64,000 bases of DNA from Rhizodiscina lignyota (Eukaryota). The stretch is taken from assembly GCA_010015805.1 (NCBI GenBank), contig ML978122.1:1026453-1090452 (forward strand), written 5' to 3'. This document shows positions 12,384 through 23,839 of this stretch, piece by piece. Position 1 is the first letter of the stretch. Every line of letters starts with the position of its first letter. Below the pieces are notes generated by a model. It was given only the letters and a program-made list of their open reading frames with translations, was not told where the DNA came from and made no database searches. Position numbers and translations under genes: made by a program.

Positions 12384-13469
12384 ATGCGAATTGCGATTGC
12401 CGGCACAAACTCTCTGGCCGTGCTAATCGCCTACTACATTCAGCAGGAGACAAACTATCACTTTGTCTTGTTATCTCGATCCGTGAGTCCATGGAACTGA
12501 GGGATCAATTGAGATCTCATCCCGCTTTGCATGACTCAGAAGGAGAGAAGCTTATACTCATACTTACTGCTTGCAGGAACGTCCTACACTCGAGGCTCGA
12601 GACTTCCCGGTCCTGGTCGTGGACTACGATGACACATCGACTTTGCAACACGCTCTACTTGGTGTGGACGTTGTGATTTCCACAGTCACAGGAAATCCCC
12701 AGGTCGCTCTCATACACGCTGCAGCGGCGAATCGAGTGTCTCGTTTTGCGCCAGCCGAATTTGGCTCTACTCCAAACACATCGTCGGAGCCAGAGAACGA
12801 TCCATTGGACCGCGGCAGATCGCTTGCCGTTGCGTTGCTGGAGCACTACAAAACGACACAGGGAATGGAGTATACCCTATTCATCTGCGGGATCCTCTAC
12901 GAACGCTTCGCGCCCGGTGGCCTCTACCAACAGGCCTTAAGTCTAACTACTCCGGCGGCTGGCGAAGGCGACTATATTCTTAACGTCAGGAACATGACTG
13001 CGGAGGCTCCGATCTGGGATGACGACGAAGATCTGGTGTCCCTTTGCCTAACCTCTGCTCAAGATGTGGCGAGGTTTGTGGTTGAAGCACTCGAGATGCG
13101 GCAATGGCCAACGACTTTGTCAATGGTCGGCGAGAGAATGAGCGTACAGTCGCTTGTTGCTCTGGTTGAGGAGGTCAGAGGTAAGCCGTGTTGGCAATCC
13201 CAACAATCCCCAAGCATTATGCTCATTACTTGTCTGCAGGCACACAAATGCAGTCATACATCAGTCACAACATGGCCTCCTTGCAGTCCGAGTATGTGCT
13301 CGCTGCGTCGATGGAGGATTCGGCTCGCCAAATGAGAGCCGTGAACCACATTGCTACTGCCATGGGGAGATTCGACTTTAGAGAGCCAGCTTTGAACAGG
13401 CGGTTCCGCAATATTCAACCAGTGAGGCTGAGAGACTGGTTGATACGGACCTGGGGAAGCAGCACATAG
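12384..13469 (+). CDS. NmrA-like / isoflavone reductase-like NAD(P)-binding protein
   Basis: Exon 1 MRIAIAGTNSLAVLIAYYI...LLSRS; introns 12483-12576 and 13181-13239. Motifs GVDVVISTV, RFAPAEFG and TSAQDVARFVV; ends PVRLRDWLIRTWGSST*. Confidence 0.85.
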
Positions 13470-13816
13470 TGGTGCCACCACATGCGCAGAGGTACGATAT
13501 GGATTGCTTTGGAGGAATGCGTTGGCCAGATTGCCTTTACATACACCATTCTTTTTGTAGGATATTGCTTTGCAGATTAGCTTCAAATGCGACACTCCTT
13601 TCCATCTTTACTATATCAACCAATCAGATGCCTCCCTTCTCCGCGGGCTAAATTGCCAGGAGTACCTCAGCCCTATGGCTTGGCATTGAATGTCGAAAAG
13701 TGTCCTGTAACTTTCGCGACTAAGCATCGCATCCACCTCCGCTCGTTAATTTCCCGACCTTTGTTCTTTTAGATGATACCAAAGGCCGGCAGTGTCTTTG
13801 GCGACACAGTTTCGCA

Positions 13817-15200
13817 ATGAATGGTTTTGCGGACCATGGCCTAAGCGAGGCCGATTTTGGGCAAAAGGGCATCTCCGTTGTATGTTGCTAAATGACGCCT
13901 CTTGGAGAACATAATTACTGACAACTGCTTTAGGCTTCTTTCGACGCCTTCCGTATGTATATTTCGTCTTCGCAAAGAGTCCCTACTTCTTCAATTGTGG
14001 ATATGGGATCGGCCAAACATTGTGCTGACATCCCCTCCAGCAAAGACAAAGCCGACCTATCTCACGAAATCGCGAAGCGGCGGAGCATGGACACTACTAC
14101 TTCTGGTAACAAGTGTATCACTTCTCATATCTGAGACTGGACGATGGTGGGCGGGGACGACACATCACAGCTTCAGCGTCGAGAAGGGCGTATCGCACAC
14201 CCTTCAGATGAACCTCGATGTCGTAGTCACAATGCAATGCAGCGACCTGCACATCAACGTACAAGATGCTGCGGGCGATCGCTTGCTAGCGTCGGAGGTG
14301 CTGAAGAAGGACCCGACGACATGGGAGACGTGGCATCAGAAGAAGGACGTGCACAAGCTGTCAGGCGCCGCGGGGGACGATATGCGCTTTGGAAAGGGTA
14401 ACGAGGAGGATGTACACGACTATCTGAGCGCGACAAGGGGGAGGAAGAGGTTTGCAAAAACACCGAGAATAAAGAGGCACCAGCAGGCGGATGCTTGTAG
14501 GATATACGGGAGCCTGGAAGGGAACAAGGTCCAGGGAGACTTTCACATCACGGCGCGAGGACATGGGTATATGGAGTTTGGAGAGCATCTGGCGCACGAC
14601 AGTAAGTGCTGCCAACTTAATCTAATCCACGTGCAACATTGAACAGAAGGCTAACGAGACATTGCAGCTTTCAACTTTACCCATCAAATCAACGAACTTT
14701 CCTTCGGCCCCTACTACCCATCGCTCACGAACCCGCTCGACAACACAATCGCCTACACCGCCTCACACTTCTACAAGTTCCAATACTATCTCTCCATCGT
14801 GCCGACCATCTACACCGAGGACCCAGGCTTCGTCCGCAACCCCGACCACATCCCCTCCGACCCTCCATCCCTCTCCAACGCACTCTCCCGCAATCCTAAG
14901 ACCATCTGGACGAACCAGTACGCCGTGACGGAGCAGAGCCATTTGGTTGGCGAGGTGAACGTCCCGGGCATCTTTGTCAAATATGACATCGAGCCGATAC
15001 TGCTGCTCGTAAGCGAGGAGATGGGCAGCGGGATTGCGCTCTTGATCAGGTTGGTGAACGTCATTGCGGGTGTCCTGGTTGCGGGTGGTTGGTGCTATCA
15101 GCTCAGCGAATGGGCGACAGACGTGTGGGGAAGAAGAAGCGCGAGGAAGAGGGCGAGTTTGGGCATGTTGCATGGTGGAGATGATAAAGACGATGAGTAG
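13817..15200 (+). CDS. ERV41: ER-derived vesicle protein Erv41
   Basis: Spliced MNGFADHGL...VASFDAFPKTKPTY (introns 13880-13933, 13953-14040, 14602-14667). Motifs CRIYGSLEGNKVQGDFHITARGHGY, FQYYLSIVPT and PGIFVKYDIEPI; two TM helices. Confidence 0.92.
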
Positions 15201-15466
15201 GATCTTCGAGGAACAGTTGCATTGGCATGGCGTTTGGATGGGTGCTTGTAAATGATGTATGCTCCGGAATAAGGATACTGGAAGGCACTTCCAGTCAGCT
15301 TTGATTCAAACTTGATACATATCTACATTGACAGATCACAGTGCTCTAATGGAAGCTATGAGTCGTGGGACCAGACGAATAAGAAGAGACTACTGGAGAG
15401 ACAGAGCTAGTCCTCTTTCAGAGTGGCCTCTTCTACTCCGTAGTCTCTTTAACGGAAGACGAATGA

Positions 15467-15681
15467 CGAGGCCTCAAGCTCTCCCCTCACCAAATCCATG
15501 TTGCATATGATGGGGTCCAACGCATATTAGACGTAAATCAGCCTCGTGGCTGCATTTATGTTCTTTATCAGGCTTATGATTGCCTGTCCCTTATGCGCGG
15601 TGATGAAAATTGCTGCCCGCCAATGCATTCGATTGAAGGCAGGATGTGGATAAGGCAAACGATTCCACTCAAGAACAAGGC
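15467..15681. promoter_or_regulatory. Cluster of 5 YRAGGC/GCCTYR sites upstream of the NCE102-like gene
   Basis: Sites at 15467, 15471, 15541, 15651 and 15676; includes TCAGCCTCGT at 15538-15547. Confidence 0.5.
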
Positions 15682-15808
15682 TGAACATGGCGTAATGAAA
15701 TTACCTACTCTATCCTTGCCCTGATCTTCATTTCTGTCCGAATATTTTCTCAATGCATGCCCGCTTTTTTTTGGGGCAGTTTTCAATCCTCTTCCTTCCT
15801 TATCCAGA

Positions 15809-16522
15809 ATGTTCTCAAAGACGATATCGGTTCTTGTACGTGCCCTCCAAGCCTTGTGGGCTATTTGTGTGCTTGCACTCTCGTGCAATATAATCGCGAA
15901 ATCTTTTTGGAATGAAGTCCCAAGGGAGGCAGGGAATGCTGCCGAAGTTAATTACTGCGTGTTCGTCGGAATCTTTACCATGCTGTCGTGGTTTTTCCTC
16001 TTCTATGAAGCCTTCGCCGATCTACGAGGCCGGTACGACGACATGAAGCTGGTCACACTGGCTATCGACGCCTTGAACACTATATTCTTCTTCTGTGGAG
16101 CTGTGGCTTTGAGCGCCGCTCTTGGAGTGCACAGCTGCGAGAATAGTGAATATACCGATAACAATCCGATCACAAAAACCTCCGACGACACCAACACTCG
16201 GTGTCGCGAGGCTCAGGCTACGACTGCCTTCCTTTGGCTCGGCTTCCTCACGTTTGCTTTTACGACGGCGATGTCAGCGCTCTACTGGCTTGACCCTGAA
16301 CTTGTTCTGCATCGCGAGCACCGACCCGATCCGGAATCTCAAGGCGCTCCACCGATGGCTGCTTCAGAGCCTCGTTTCGACCGCCGTCGTAATAGTACCG
16401 GGACAGATGATGACATTTCAGGAGCACCAGAGACCGTCGGCGATGACGAAAGTCTACCCAGGCTGCATAAGAAGTCGAAGGACATGATCACTGGCACGCA
16501 AGGCGGATGGATTGCAGGATGA
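15809..16522 (+). CDS. MARVEL-domain tetraspan membrane protein, NCE102-like, with acidic C-terminal extension
   Basis: Four hydrophobic segments and NCE102-type motifs VNYxVFVxxF, DALNxIFFF.GAVAL, GVHSC.N..Y and RCREAQATTAFLW. Intronless. Confidence 0.85.
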   Translation: MFSKTISVLVRALQALWAICVLALSCNIIAKSFWNEVPREAGNAAEVNYCVFVGIFTMLSWFFLFYEAFADLRGRYDDMKLVTLAIDALNTIFFFCGAVALSAALGVHSCENSEYTDNNPITKTSDDTNTRCREAQATTAFLWLGFLTFAFTTAMSALYWLDPELVLHREHRPDPESQGAPPMAASEPRFDRRRNSTGTDDDISGAPETVGDDESLPRLHKKSKDMITGTQGGWIAG

Positions 16523-16638
16523 TGATGTGAAGGCTCCTTGTAGTCTTAAGATGGAGAACAAATTGATATTTTGCAGTGTTAGATTGAGCAAGAAGAGGCT
16601 ATGTTCTATGTCGAAGAGCATATTCGCGATTTCTTAAA

Positions 16639-18025
16639 CTACAGCGCAGTCATGCTTAAGCTTTTGTTTTCATCGTCCCCGAAGACAGGTAGATGTATCG
16701 GAAATCCCAACAAAGTCATTGTTCCGACCGGTAATGCAACTTTCAAGCTCGACAGCAGAATCTTCACAAGTTTCTTGCTTTGTAGCTTGTTGCGCTGCTT
16801 CTTCGCTTCTTGAATCTTCAGTTCAACAACGATTCGCTCCTCTGGCTTGATTTTGCTCTCGTTCGCCCTCATAATTGATACGACCCAATCCAAGTCTGGT
16901 TCTTGTGTCGTTGTTGCTGCCTTTGAATTGCTGCTGCTACTGCTTAGAAGGCGTCCATGTATGATTTGTAGAGTGCCGGGTCGTGGAGTAATAGAAGGTG
17001 GCGCTGCGTCCCTTAAAGACCTGTCCGACATGCGAGTCTCGAGGCCCCTGATTCTGCTTGAAAGTTTGTTCTCCATATGTCGCCAGTCTGCGCGTCGTTC
17101 GGCCTTGAGCTGCTCCTGCTGCCGGTGGACCCTCTCCAACTCGTCTTCCATCTTACGCCGCTGCTCACTGAGGATCTCCTGCAGCTCATCATCACGATCC
17201 CTTAAAGCCTGTTCCATCTCCTTCTGTATCTTCTCGTTCTCCTTCTTGTACTTCTCTTCGAGGCGGAGGAGCTCCTCATTGACCACGCGACCCGCAGAAG
17301 TATCCACTAGTGTCTTCTGTTCTTCGACGAGTTCGCGCTGGATATTCAGCGTCACTGAGTTTTTCTTAACGAGGCTCGCGACGATCTTCAGCGCGGACGT
17401 GCGATCTGTGAATCGGTCAATTCGTGACCCTCGGCGAATCATCCTGCCCCAGAAATCCGGGTCTGTCCTCAGTTCTTTCTCACGGCTCTCCCCCATCGCC
17501 TTCTCAACGCTATCCCAGAAGGAAGTTACAAGGATAACGTTTTTTAAAGGCTCCTCGCCACAAATTTCACGGAACATTCGAAGATTTCGAATGGCAGAGC
17601 CTTCCATTCGTTCGTTGTGGATGTTATGCATGTAGATTATACCGTTTAGTCTCGTCTTGTTTTCGTACGACTCTCGGAGCCACTTTGCAATGTCCGCAAG
17701 GACATCTGCCTCGCTTCGATAAGTATCATTAAATCCAGGTGAGTCTACAAGTACGATGTTGTAACCATTATGGTGAAAGGAGTAACCTTTCAGCTCAGAG
17801 GTACCTCCAGCGCAATTAGTTTTGCCACCAGATCGGATGTTATCACTTACAGGATTTGAGCGTATGTCCGATACTGATGGTTTCATCACCGCTCGCTGTA
17901 CGAATAAAAGTACTCTTTCCAGAGCCTGTTACTCCCATGACCGCGATGAAAGCCCATGGTGCCCGTGGATCAATATCCGATGCCGGGCTCATGACGTCGT
18001 CCAATTGAAGGTTGGGATAGCTCAT
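16639..18025 (-). CDS. P-loop GTPase (AIG1/Toc34-like fungal G-domain protein) with coiled-coil and hydrophobic C-terminus
   Basis: Exon 1 has G1 IAVMGVTGSGKSTFI. Intron 17805-17850 (GTAAGT...CTAAT...GAG) joins KSCT (G2). G3 is DSPGF and G4-like is VTSFWD; an E/K/R/Q-rich coiled coil follows. Confidence 0.9.
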
Positions 18026-18089
18026 AGCGATGGGGAAGAAGACGAGACTCGGCGGGCTTCACAGCCATCTCGGTCCATAAAATTTAGAG

Positions 18090-18494
18090 TAAGGCTGGAA
18101 GTCTTTGGAGGACCGGTTCGCAAAATTCAGCCTTGCTGCTGTTGCCTAATGGTGAGGCAAGATAAGGATTCGTCTAGCCTAAGGATTAGGATCGTAAGGC
18201 AAAGATTCAGGACATTATCGGGCCCTTGAAGACTGCATTAGCTATCGAGTGAAGGGAGAGAATATTTGGTGGCGCCAGCCTCGTTGCGAGCGTCCCTGCA
18301 GCAGCATGCATAAGTCAACAACAGCCTTTCGACACTGGTGCTTGGAAGAGGGGAAAGTTGCCTTAGCTCGACGAGGCTGAGGCCATTTTCATTTCAAGTT
18401 GTAGGATCCCACGACAGCCTCGTCCTAGAATGCCTGCCATCGAAGCCAATGACGCAGAAGGCACCTCAGTAAGGTATCTAAGCAGAAGTAAGGC
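18090..18494. promoter_or_regulatory. Cluster of 10 YRAGGC/GCCTYR sites upstream of the GTPase gene
   Basis: Sites at 18090, 18130, 18153, 18195, 18278, 18360, 18372, 18378, 18417 and 18489; includes tandem ACGAGGCTGAGGCC at 18371-18384. Confidence 0.6.
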
Positions 18495-18536
18495 AACAAA
18501 TCAGATGTGAGGATGTCAAACTCATTATTCATTCAG

Positions 18537-20772
18537 TTACCCCATCCAAACGACTGCCTTCTTCCAAACCCTGCGTTTAGAAAAGTCTCGTCCTTCAGCG
18601 TCCCCCACGGCCACCACCGCCGGATGAACAACGAGCTGCACCTCCGCCCCGTCCAAACAATGCTCGTCTTCGCTGAGCTGCAGATTGTGCAACGCATGAT
18701 GCTGCAGAAATTCAGAATTGTATGAAAACCGTAGTGCGCTACCTTTCCTTGGCAAATCCTTCAGCTGGTGGCTGGTAACATGCTGTCTCTGAGTAGATAG
18801 CTTGAAGGCGAGTTCCGCAGCTCGCGTCATGAGCTCTACGAGGTCCACAAAGAACCTCTCCTCTACCTCTTTCTCAGGTACCAAGAATATACGTGCATCG
18901 CTAGAAAGGAACTGGCGCGCAAAGGCTACTGCCGCCGTGGAACGCGCGTTCTTGATGTTGCTCTTCATTTTACGGAGCCTAGATGATGCAACGTTGGGAG
19001 CAGATATTGGGTCCAAAGAGCGAACTGTCTGCACTCGCCACGCGTTGGCTGCTTCGTAGTCAACTGTGATTACCATCAGCTAAGGTCATTCAATATCAAA
19101 TTACACATCGCCTTTCATACTTTCGAGCATATCAATGTAGATATCGTAGAACGAAATCGCTGACTCTGACGGGAGCTCTTCGGATTCCGCTTGAGAGATG
19201 GTGTGTGTTGCGAAGAAAAAGGGATTATCGAATATATTTGTGTAGATTGCATTGCTTAGTGAGGCAAGCAGCAGGATTGATGGCCCCTTGGTACCGAGCT
19301 TCGCAGTTGCAAGTGTCGACGATTGGCCGTTATTAGATCCCGAGACTGGTTCAAGTACCCTCTCCAAGCTCTTCTGCTCATCCGAAGATAGCGCCAGTGA
19401 ATCAATCGCCTCAGTTTTCGCGTATCCCTTGCTCCAAGAGAGCATGCTTTGCCAAATATTGTCTAGTTTCCGTTGGATATCTGCATCTGCTTCCGGCATC
19501 CATTCTGGGTCTTCAGGAAACTGTAAGCTTGGCTCCTGTACCTCGTTTGCGGCTTGGATATCGATTGCAATATTCGGCCGGAGAGCAGCACCCTCAACTG
19601 CAGATTCTAGACGATAGACTTCTTCTTTGTGTTCCTGGAGTTGCTCCTTAAGGATCTGGATCATTTTCCGCGCGTCCCCGAGGTCACGCTCAAGGCCTTT
19701 AGCTTCTTCCTTCTTGCGCACCAGGTCTGAACTCAGCCTCTGTTCGTTTTTCTGGCTTGAAGACAGCTGCCCAGAAACTTTCTCGACCCGCACTTTCTGT
19801 ATTTTCACCTCACTTTGTACAAGATGAAGGTCTTTGACCTGCTGTTCTAGTGCATGGATCTTATCCTTCGAAGATCGCCCCTTCTTGTCATATTTGTCGT
19901 ACTCGCCTTTCCAATGTTGCGCACGCCTCTGATAGAAATCTCGGTCGATTCGCATTTTCCTCAGCTCTTCGTTCAGCCGGCTGATTTCTCCTTTGGATGT
20001 CTGAGTGTCAGTTTTCCACTCAAAAGCTGTGCCGCGAGCCCGTCCCAATTCGGTCGAGAGATGCTGAATTTGATCAGTTTGCCGCCGCCATTCGTCTTGG
20101 AGGCCATTGACAGTGCCCGCCAGCATCCCGTTCTCATCGTCGCGAGCTCCAGCCTGATGCTCTAGCGTTTTAACCTGATATGAAAGTTGTTCCACAAGTT
20201 GGAAGTGAGCGTGAGCAGCGGCTACCGTTGCAGGATCGACGCTCAACTTTTGGTTGTTGATCGAGTGGTTGGGAGTGGATATTTCCATTCCGGTTGCCGC
20301 GCTGTCTGCCGCAGCAAGTTCACTGCTCGAAGCTTGTTGGTTGACCCATGACCCCTGTGGCGGTTGCGTGTCAGTCCGTGCCTGATAATCTATCGATGTC
20401 TGTTGCGGAAGCTGAGATATCATCCCTGGCAGTTGGGCACCTCTGTTAGTGGACTTGCGAACAAGATACATCCTCTGACTGGACTTTTTGGAGGTGTCGG
20501 GTGCGGGTGGCTTCTGAATATCAGCACTTGAAGAGCAAGGGAGCTAGATTAAATTACACGCAAAGAATAGTCGCCAGTCTCGTTTGTCGGGAACTTCACA
20601 CGGTTCAGTCAATGACAATAGCAATGATGTTCGAAAGCTGATGGGCTCTTACCACATGTCGACGTTGCATGTCCTCCCTATCTTCCTCTACGTGCGCGTT
20701 GACGGACTGGCTTTGGCCTCGTTGCTCGGTGAGCGACTTGAAGCCCCCTTTGATTTTGTCGAATGTAGACAT
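18537..20772 (-). CDS. Long coiled-coil protein with conserved-looking C-terminal domain (..VQLVVHPAVVAVG....RRVWKKAVVWMG*), putative GrpE-like Hsp70 cofactor
   Basis: ATG at 20772 (MSTFDKIKGGFK), donor at 20652, probable 36-nt mini-exon, main exon KPPAPDTSKKSSQRMYLV... Intron 19064-19120 joins ORF 19101-20471 to ORF 18537-19076 in frame (MLE-I-DYEAANAWR). The function is inferred. Confidence 0.8.
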
Positions 20773-21367
20773 TGCTTAAAGATCAAGAATCGATGTGGAT
20801 GGTATGTTCGAGCGATGTCTGTGCATGGGAAGTTGAGATATTGTGCTCAGCCATATCCCTCCAAGTCGGGAGCGTAGCCTCGCCCTTCATGCAAGTTTGC
20901 CTTAATCACAAGGCTGACCAAATAGCTGCACCCGATTAATTGAACTGCTGTAGTAAGAATAAGTCTTGCTCTTCAGCACGAGCGAGAGCATCTCTGAAAG
21001 CTCGATTAAATAGACAGGAGAGCGTATTTATCGAAAACACTCAGCTTTAGGATGTATAACCTATATTAGTTAATAAGGATATACATCATCGCGGTTCGAC
21101 ATGTTGCAGCCACGACTCAACTATTTTGTGGCCCACTTGCCTTAGTCTGCCTGACTGATCCATGTACACCTCCACGGCGCTAAGGAGAAAGGTTGGGTTG
21201 CCTGATGTATTTCGCAAGGCTGTCCTTGGCAAATGCGCGCGGTTGAAGCGGCCTCAGCCTCGTGAGGGGTTAGTTCAACCCAGAGCTACCAGTCGCTCAA
21301 GGTATCTTACATCTTTCCACCTTCCCTTTCGATGAATTCTCTGATATGATACTAATGTCGGCGCCCG
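20773..21367. promoter_or_regulatory. Divergent (bidirectional) promoter between the coiled-coil gene and the Hsp70-like gene, with 7 YRAGGC/GCCTYR sites
   Basis: Head-to-head starts about 600 bp apart. Sites at 20877, 20899, 20909, 21139, 21215, 21251 and 21257; GGCCTCAGCCTCGT at 21250-21263. Confidence 0.6.
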
Positions 21368-23393
21368 ATGAATGGGACGCGGTCGTCGTCGCATTTCTCC
21401 TTCCGGGGCGGAATGGCTGCTGCAGGAGCGTACAAACTGATTGTTGGTGTTGATTTTGGTACAACGTACACAGGTCAGTTGAGTTTCGATAAAGTGCCTC
21501 TAGCAATCTCTGTTAACGATTAAAACCTAGGCGTGAGCTTTGTGCTTTCAACAAGAGCTCCAAAGGATGTATATGTCATCCGGTCATGGTCCGGCGCCAG
21601 CAGGCCGTCGGACAATGCCTGGAAAACCCCATCTCGTATTGCCTATGCCGAAGAGAACCCCAATCACGACAAAGATCAGATTGGGTTTGACGTTACTCCG
21701 GGAATGACGAGTTACTCGTGGTTCAAGCTTCTGCTTGACCGGGCCGCTGAGCGTAGATTCGATGATCCGGATCTAAGGGATATAGAAGGTCCAGGCATGT
21801 TACGACTGCCACGGAATAAGACTGCCCAACAAGTGTGCGCCGACTTCCTACGGGGTATATACCAGAAGACTTTTGAGGAACTGAACACGCGAATGCTGGC
21901 CAGCGTGGTTAACGCGATGCCTATTGATTTTTCATTCACTGTCCCGGCGATATGGTCCGACAAGGCGAAAGCAGACACCATCGCATCCGCAAGAGCGGCT
22001 GGCTTTGGTTCGCGACCTGGAGACACAATTACTCTCATAACAGAGCCCGAGGCAGCGGCAATATCAGTAATGAAGTACCTTGCAGATGATGGAAACGACC
22101 AACTACAGGTAAGAAGGATCACTCATGTGACATAGGTTCAAGGCTAATCCCTCGAAAGAAAGGAGATTCCATACTCATCGTCGACTGCGGCGGCGGGACT
22201 ATAGATCTCACGGGTTATGATATCGAACGTGTTGTTCCGGAGCTCGAATTCAGCGAACTGCTTGTTGGAGAGGGCGGAAAGTGTGGAAGCACACACATCG
22301 ATCGACGATTCCATCAGTGGATGTCAGATACGTTTGGAGCAGCCTTCGATTCCGTTCCGTTTCCGAAAAAGGGCCCAGGCAGCAAATTCATGAGAGAATT
22401 CGAATCGATCAAGGTAAACTTTGGCTCCGAAACCGTAGACCAAACATATGAGATACCATTGTTGCTCCGTGGGGTCCAGTCGTGCCCGAATTACGACATG
22501 GAGGAGACAATGGTTAAGTTTTCCAAGTTAGTACAAGCCCCAATTTTTCTATGAGCTGAGAAGCTTACATATAGTGCAGACGGGATCTGCAAGAGTTTTT
22601 TGAGCCAGTGGTCCAAAACGTCATTGGTTTAATTGAGCAGCAGGTAGCCCAGGCCAACATCGAGAAAGGCAAATCAATAAATAAGATTATCCTGGTAGGC
22701 GGGTTTGGTGACTCCCGATATCTTCTCGACGCAGTCAGAGAATGGGGACGACTCAATGGGAATTTTGAAATCATCTGCCCTGTATATCCGTTAGTATCTC
22801 GGATCCTTCTTTCATATTTCTTACTAAGGTATACTAGGCAAGCCGCAATCGTCATTGGCGCTAGCATACGAGGTCTTGGTGGGCCTGGAAGTCAGCCAAG
22901 ATCGCGCAAATGCCGCCGTCATTATGGATTCCAGCTCGATTTGCCATACGATGAGATAAACGATGACAAGCGGCATATGTACCACAACGAATACGACCGC
23001 AAAAGGTACACTAGAGGAACCATGGTGTGGAAGATACCTATGGGGTGTGAAATTGATGAGAATACCCTTATAAAACAACATATCAAGAAGCCATGGTTCA
23101 AAGGAGAGTCTTTACAATTCACACTCGGGTTGTACTCCAGCAGTCTTGACCCGCCACCAAAGCGAGAGGAACATCCACGTGTCCATAAAGTTGGAACGAT
23201 TAAAGTAGACCTCACGGACAAAGACTTGAAGCGGTTCAAGAGGAAATGGAAAGTCACGCAAGACCGTTGGGTCTGGCAGCTGGAATATGAGATACAGATC
23301 TTGTTCGGCCAAAGAGAAGGAACACTCTGCTTCCGCGCTAAATGTGGTGACAACTTCATTGGAAGTACTCAAATCGAGTATGCTCGTGAATAA
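21368..23393 (+). CDS. Non-canonical Hsp70 (HSPA12-like actin-fold ATPase)
   Basis: Motifs IVGVDFGTTYTG, TVPAIWSD, EPEAAA, VDCGGGTID, GKCGSTHID and LVGGFGDSRYL. Introns 21474-21530, 22109-22158, 22527-22579 and 22790-22837. No helical lid or EEVD. Start is 21368 or 21413. Confidence 0.92.
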
Positions 23394-23839
23394 TTCGGAT
23401 GGTCGCAGCTAGGCAATGCTGTCAGTGGTTTTGAGCTGCCGTCAGGGTATATCTTGGTGGGAAAGAATTACAGATGGCGCGAAGTACATCCAGCATACAG
23501 GATTGGAGGATTGGAGGATCGATTCAAGGGGGAGACTCGATTGAAGTGCATCCTGTACTTTCCGAACGCCTAGCTGTGGGATAGTTCGTGGTTCTTCGAC
23601 GCATAACTTTGGCAGCACTAAATTAATGAGGCAGCTCACTTGCAGATACCTCGCCGGACGCATTAAGATATGTTCCCTTGCTGGTCTGATATCTTAACTA
23701 ATCGGTATTGTATTTACTCGGTTATACATCTCGGTAGTCGTAGAATTGGATAGGAAACGGTGCAGGTGGAGATGCCAGCCCGATAAAACGCCAATCGCTA
23801 TGCTCAATTGATAGTGTGAATATTAAAGAAGTTTTCCTT

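Noticed and set aside
10373..12426. Several 100-170-aa ORFs between REX3 and the NmrA-like gene
   Set aside because: No motifs, codon bias or consistent splice model; not supportable as genes.
16847..17635. 262-aa plus-strand ORF
   Set aside because: Antisense shadow of the GTPase coiled-coil region; Ser/Arg-rich with no motifs.
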